Origin: Thermodesulfobacteriota bacterium | Lineage (GTDB): Bacteria; Desulfobacterota; Binatia; DP-6 | Assembly: GCA_046727715.1 (NCBI GenBank) | Contig: JBKPDC010000266.1 | Location: 1-37,270, forward strand | Length of the DNA stretch: 37,270 bases | Direction: 5' to 3' | In this document: in pieces, positions 35,327 to 37,270 of the stretch | How positions within the stretch are numbered: position 1 is the first letter of the stretch | Layout of the letters: every line of letters begins with the position of its first letter | The notes under the pieces: model-generated | What the model saw: the letters and a program-made list of their open reading frames with translations, nothing else | Database searches by the model: none | What the model was told of the DNA's origin: nothing | Translations under genes and position numbers: made by a program

Positions 35327-36424
35327 TCAGCGCGCGCGGGTAACGTCGGGGCGCCGCATCGGCCGCGGACCGAGGCCGCGCAGCGGCGCCCCGGTGCGGC
35401 CGTTCACGATGAGATCGGCGAGCGCCGTCGCCGTCGCGGGCGCGAGCAGGATGCCGCTGCGATAGAGCCCCGTGGCGTAGAACAGGCCGCGCAGATCTCG
35501 CGCGGCGCCCAGGATCGGCAGCTCGTCCGGGGTGCCCGGCCGGAACCCCGCGTACGCGTCCTCGAAGCTCAGATCGACGAGACCGGGTGCCATGGCGGCC
35601 GCGGCGGCGAGCAGCTCGGCGGCTGCGCCCATGGTGACGCGCTTCTCGAACCCGACCCGCTCGCGCGTGCTGCCGAGGAGCACGCGACCGTCGAGGCGCG
35701 GGACCAGGTACGCGCGCCTGGTGTAGACCGGCAGGGACAGCGCACCCGGGACGCCGCGCAGCACGAGCATCTGGCCGCGCACCGGGAAGACCGGCGGCGC
35801 GGCGACGCCCGCGGGGAGGCCCAGGTCCGCCGCCCATGCTCCCGCCGCGTTCACCACCACGGGCGCGGTGATCACCCCGGCGTCGGTGCACACGCCCGTC
35901 ACGCGCCCGCTCCGCGCCTCGACGCGCACCGCCCGCGTGTGCTCGCGGATCGCCACACCGCCGCGGCGCGCGGCGACGCCGGCGGCGACGGCGAGGCGCT
36001 CGTTGTTCACGCGATGATCGTCCGGAAAGTGCAGCGCGAGCCGGATGCGCGGCGCCAGCACGGCGGTCATGCGCCGGACGACACGCGGCGCGAGCGTGGT
36101 CACGCGCAGGCCCAGGCGGCGCTGCCAGCGCGCCCGCGCCGCCAGCGCCCGCGCGTCCGCGGCGTCCAGCGCCACGTAGAGGATCCCGTCGCTGCGGTAC
36201 TCGACGTCGATCCCGCTCTCCGCCTCGATCTGCGCGACCCATTCCGGATAGCGCCGGCGGCTCTCGAGGCCGAGGCGCAGCAGTGGGCCGGCACGGTCCG
36301 TCTCCGCCTGCGGCGCGACCATGCCGGCGGCGGCTCGGCTGGCCTCGCCCCCGAGCTCGCCGCGTTCGAGCAGCACGGGACGGAGCCCCCGGCGCGCCAG
36401 CTCGCGCGCCACCGCACAGCCCAC
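35327..36424 (-). CDS. thiO: glycine oxidase ThiO-like FAD-dependent oxidoreductase (the listed start is the first GTG; the true start is probably upstream, up to 36487)
   Basis: Motifs: GGEASRAAAGMVAPQ, GLYRSGILLAPATATALADLI. The in-frame sequence immediately upstream of the GTG reads TADVVVVGGGL, so the GxGxxG motif is split by the only canonical start. Confidence 0.75.
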   Translation of the reverse strand: MGCAVARELARRGLRPVLLERGELGGEASRAAAGMVAPQAETDRAGPLLRLGLESRRRYPEWVAQIEAESGIDVEYRSDGILYVALDAADARALAARARWQRRLGLRVTTLAPRVVRRMTAVLAPRIRLALHFPDDHRVNNERLAVAAGVAARRGGVAIREHTRAVRVEARSGRVTGVCTDAGVITAPVVVNAAGAWAADLGLPAGVAAPPVFPVRGQMLVLRGVPGALSLPVYTRRAYLVPRLDGRVLLGSTRERVGFEKRVTMGAAAELLAAAAAMAPGLVDLSFEDAYAGFRPGTPDELPILGAARDLRGLFYATGLYRSGILLAPATATALADLIVNGRTGAPLRGLGPRPMRRPDVTRAR

Positions 36425-36465
36425 GAGCCCTCCGCCGACGACGACGACGTCGGCGGTCCGCGATG

Positions 36466-37005
36466 CTACTGCCCGCGCCCGAGCCAGTAGCGGTGGAACT
36501 CCGGCAGGAAGCTGAGCGTCTCCATCGAGCGCATGCGGTCGAGGTAGACGCGCCCGTCCAGGTGGTCACACTCGTGCTGCACGACGCGCGCGTGAAAGCC
36601 GGTGGCGGTGAAGCGCAGTGGATGGCCGTCGCGATCGGACGCCTCGACGCGCACCGTGCTGTACCGCGGGACCATGCCGCGCAGGTCGGGGATGCTGAGA
36701 CAACCTTCCCAATCCTCCACCTGCTCGTCCCCGATGGGCGCCACGCGCGGGTTCACCAGGACCGTCAGCGGCACCGGCTCGGCATCGGGGTAGCGCGGAT
36801 TGGTCTCGACGCCGTAGATCACGACCCGGCGCGAGACGTGGACCTGCGGCGCCGCCAGCCCGGCGCCATCGTGGTCCGCCATGGTCTCCAGCATGTCATC
36901 GATCAGGTGCTGGATCTCGGGCGAGCGGATGGCCTCCGGCGACACCGGCTCGGCGATCCGGCGCAGCACCGGATGCCCCAGGCGAGCAACCTTGAGGACG
37001 GCCAT
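36466..37005 (-). CDS. def: peptide deformylase
   Basis: ATG at 37005 (residue 22 of ORF 36466..37068). The three PDF motifs are present: GAGLAAPQ, EGCLS, QHECDHLDG. Confidence 0.95.
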   Translation of the reverse strand: MAVLKVARLGHPVLRRIAEPVSPEAIRSPEIQHLIDDMLETMADHDGAGLAAPQVHVSRRVVIYGVETNPRYPDAEPVPLTVLVNPRVAPIGDEQVEDWEGCLSIPDLRGMVPRYSTVRVEASDRDGHPLRFTATGFHARVVQHECDHLDGRVYLDRMRSMETLSFLPEFHRYWLGRGQ

Positions 37006-37095
37006 GGGCGATCGTCTCGCAGATCGGTGGTGACGGCGCAACCCGAACCCGTGCGTTGACGGACGCACGCCGCCGGCTACGCTGCGTCCGCCAAG

Positions 37096-37270
37096 GTGAC
37101 CCCCGCCGCCATCGCCGATGCGCTCGTCGCCGCCGCCTGGATCGGGCTGGTCGCCGACAGCCTGCGCGTGGCGCGCGGCGAGCGGGCGGTCCGCGCCCGG
37201 CTAGACGTCGAACGCCCGCGGCTCGTCTCCCGCGTGGTCGTGCTGGCGCTGCTGCTCGCCGGCGCGGCAC
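37096..37270 (+). CDS. possible 5' fragment of a membrane protein gene (runs off the window)
   Basis: GTG at 37096 opens a frame to the window end: VTPAAIADALVAAAWIGLVADSLRVARGERAVRARLDVERPRLVSRVVVLALLLAGAA. G/C third-position bias is very high, and the gene is divergent from def. Confidence 0.35.
   Translation, partial: MTPAAIADALVAAAWIGLVADSLRVARGERAVRARLDVERPRLVSRVVVLALLLAGAA

Overview
High-GC (about 70% by eye) bacterial chromosomal window. It is gene-dense: I support about 40 protein genes. I found no rRNA, tRNA, CRISPR array, transposase or integrase. Most genes are core or metabolic. They include a HAMP adenylate cyclase; a tandem acyl-CoA dehydrogenase pair divergent from a TetR gene; an F420/LLM oxidoreductase operon; and a rhodanese / di-iron / geranylgeranyl-reductase-like / rhodanese cluster. 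There are also SDRs, a crotonase, a MetE-like protein, a FliA-type sigma factor, queG, a DHH phosphoesterase, tldD-pmbA, bioB, nadA with an NrtR-like regulator, tatA, a radical-SAM/DUF2344 fusion followed by RNase G, thiO and def. Many long ORFs in the supplied track are Arg/Ala/Pro-rich shadow frames typical of high-GC DNA, and I rejected them. Starts were refined by ORF-track arithmetic plus Shine-Dalgarno inspection. Three gene pairs share 4-nt GTGA start/stop overlaps (LLM/membrane protein, tldD/pmbA, nadA/nrtR). I do not see a clear-cut new multi-gene system such as a defence island. The best leads are: (1) an unlisted 53-codon hyper-acidic ORF coupled to the 3' end of bioB; (2) a divergent pair of orphan secreted Cys-rich proteins next to the TetR gene; (3) a 482-bp non-coding spacer with a strong orphan terminator hairpin and candidate operator palindromes; (4) the fused radical-SAM/DUF2344-RNase G module, whose function is unknown; and (5) a thiO gene with no canonical start codon upstream of its Rossmann motif. 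All family calls come from motif recognition by eye; no searches were run.
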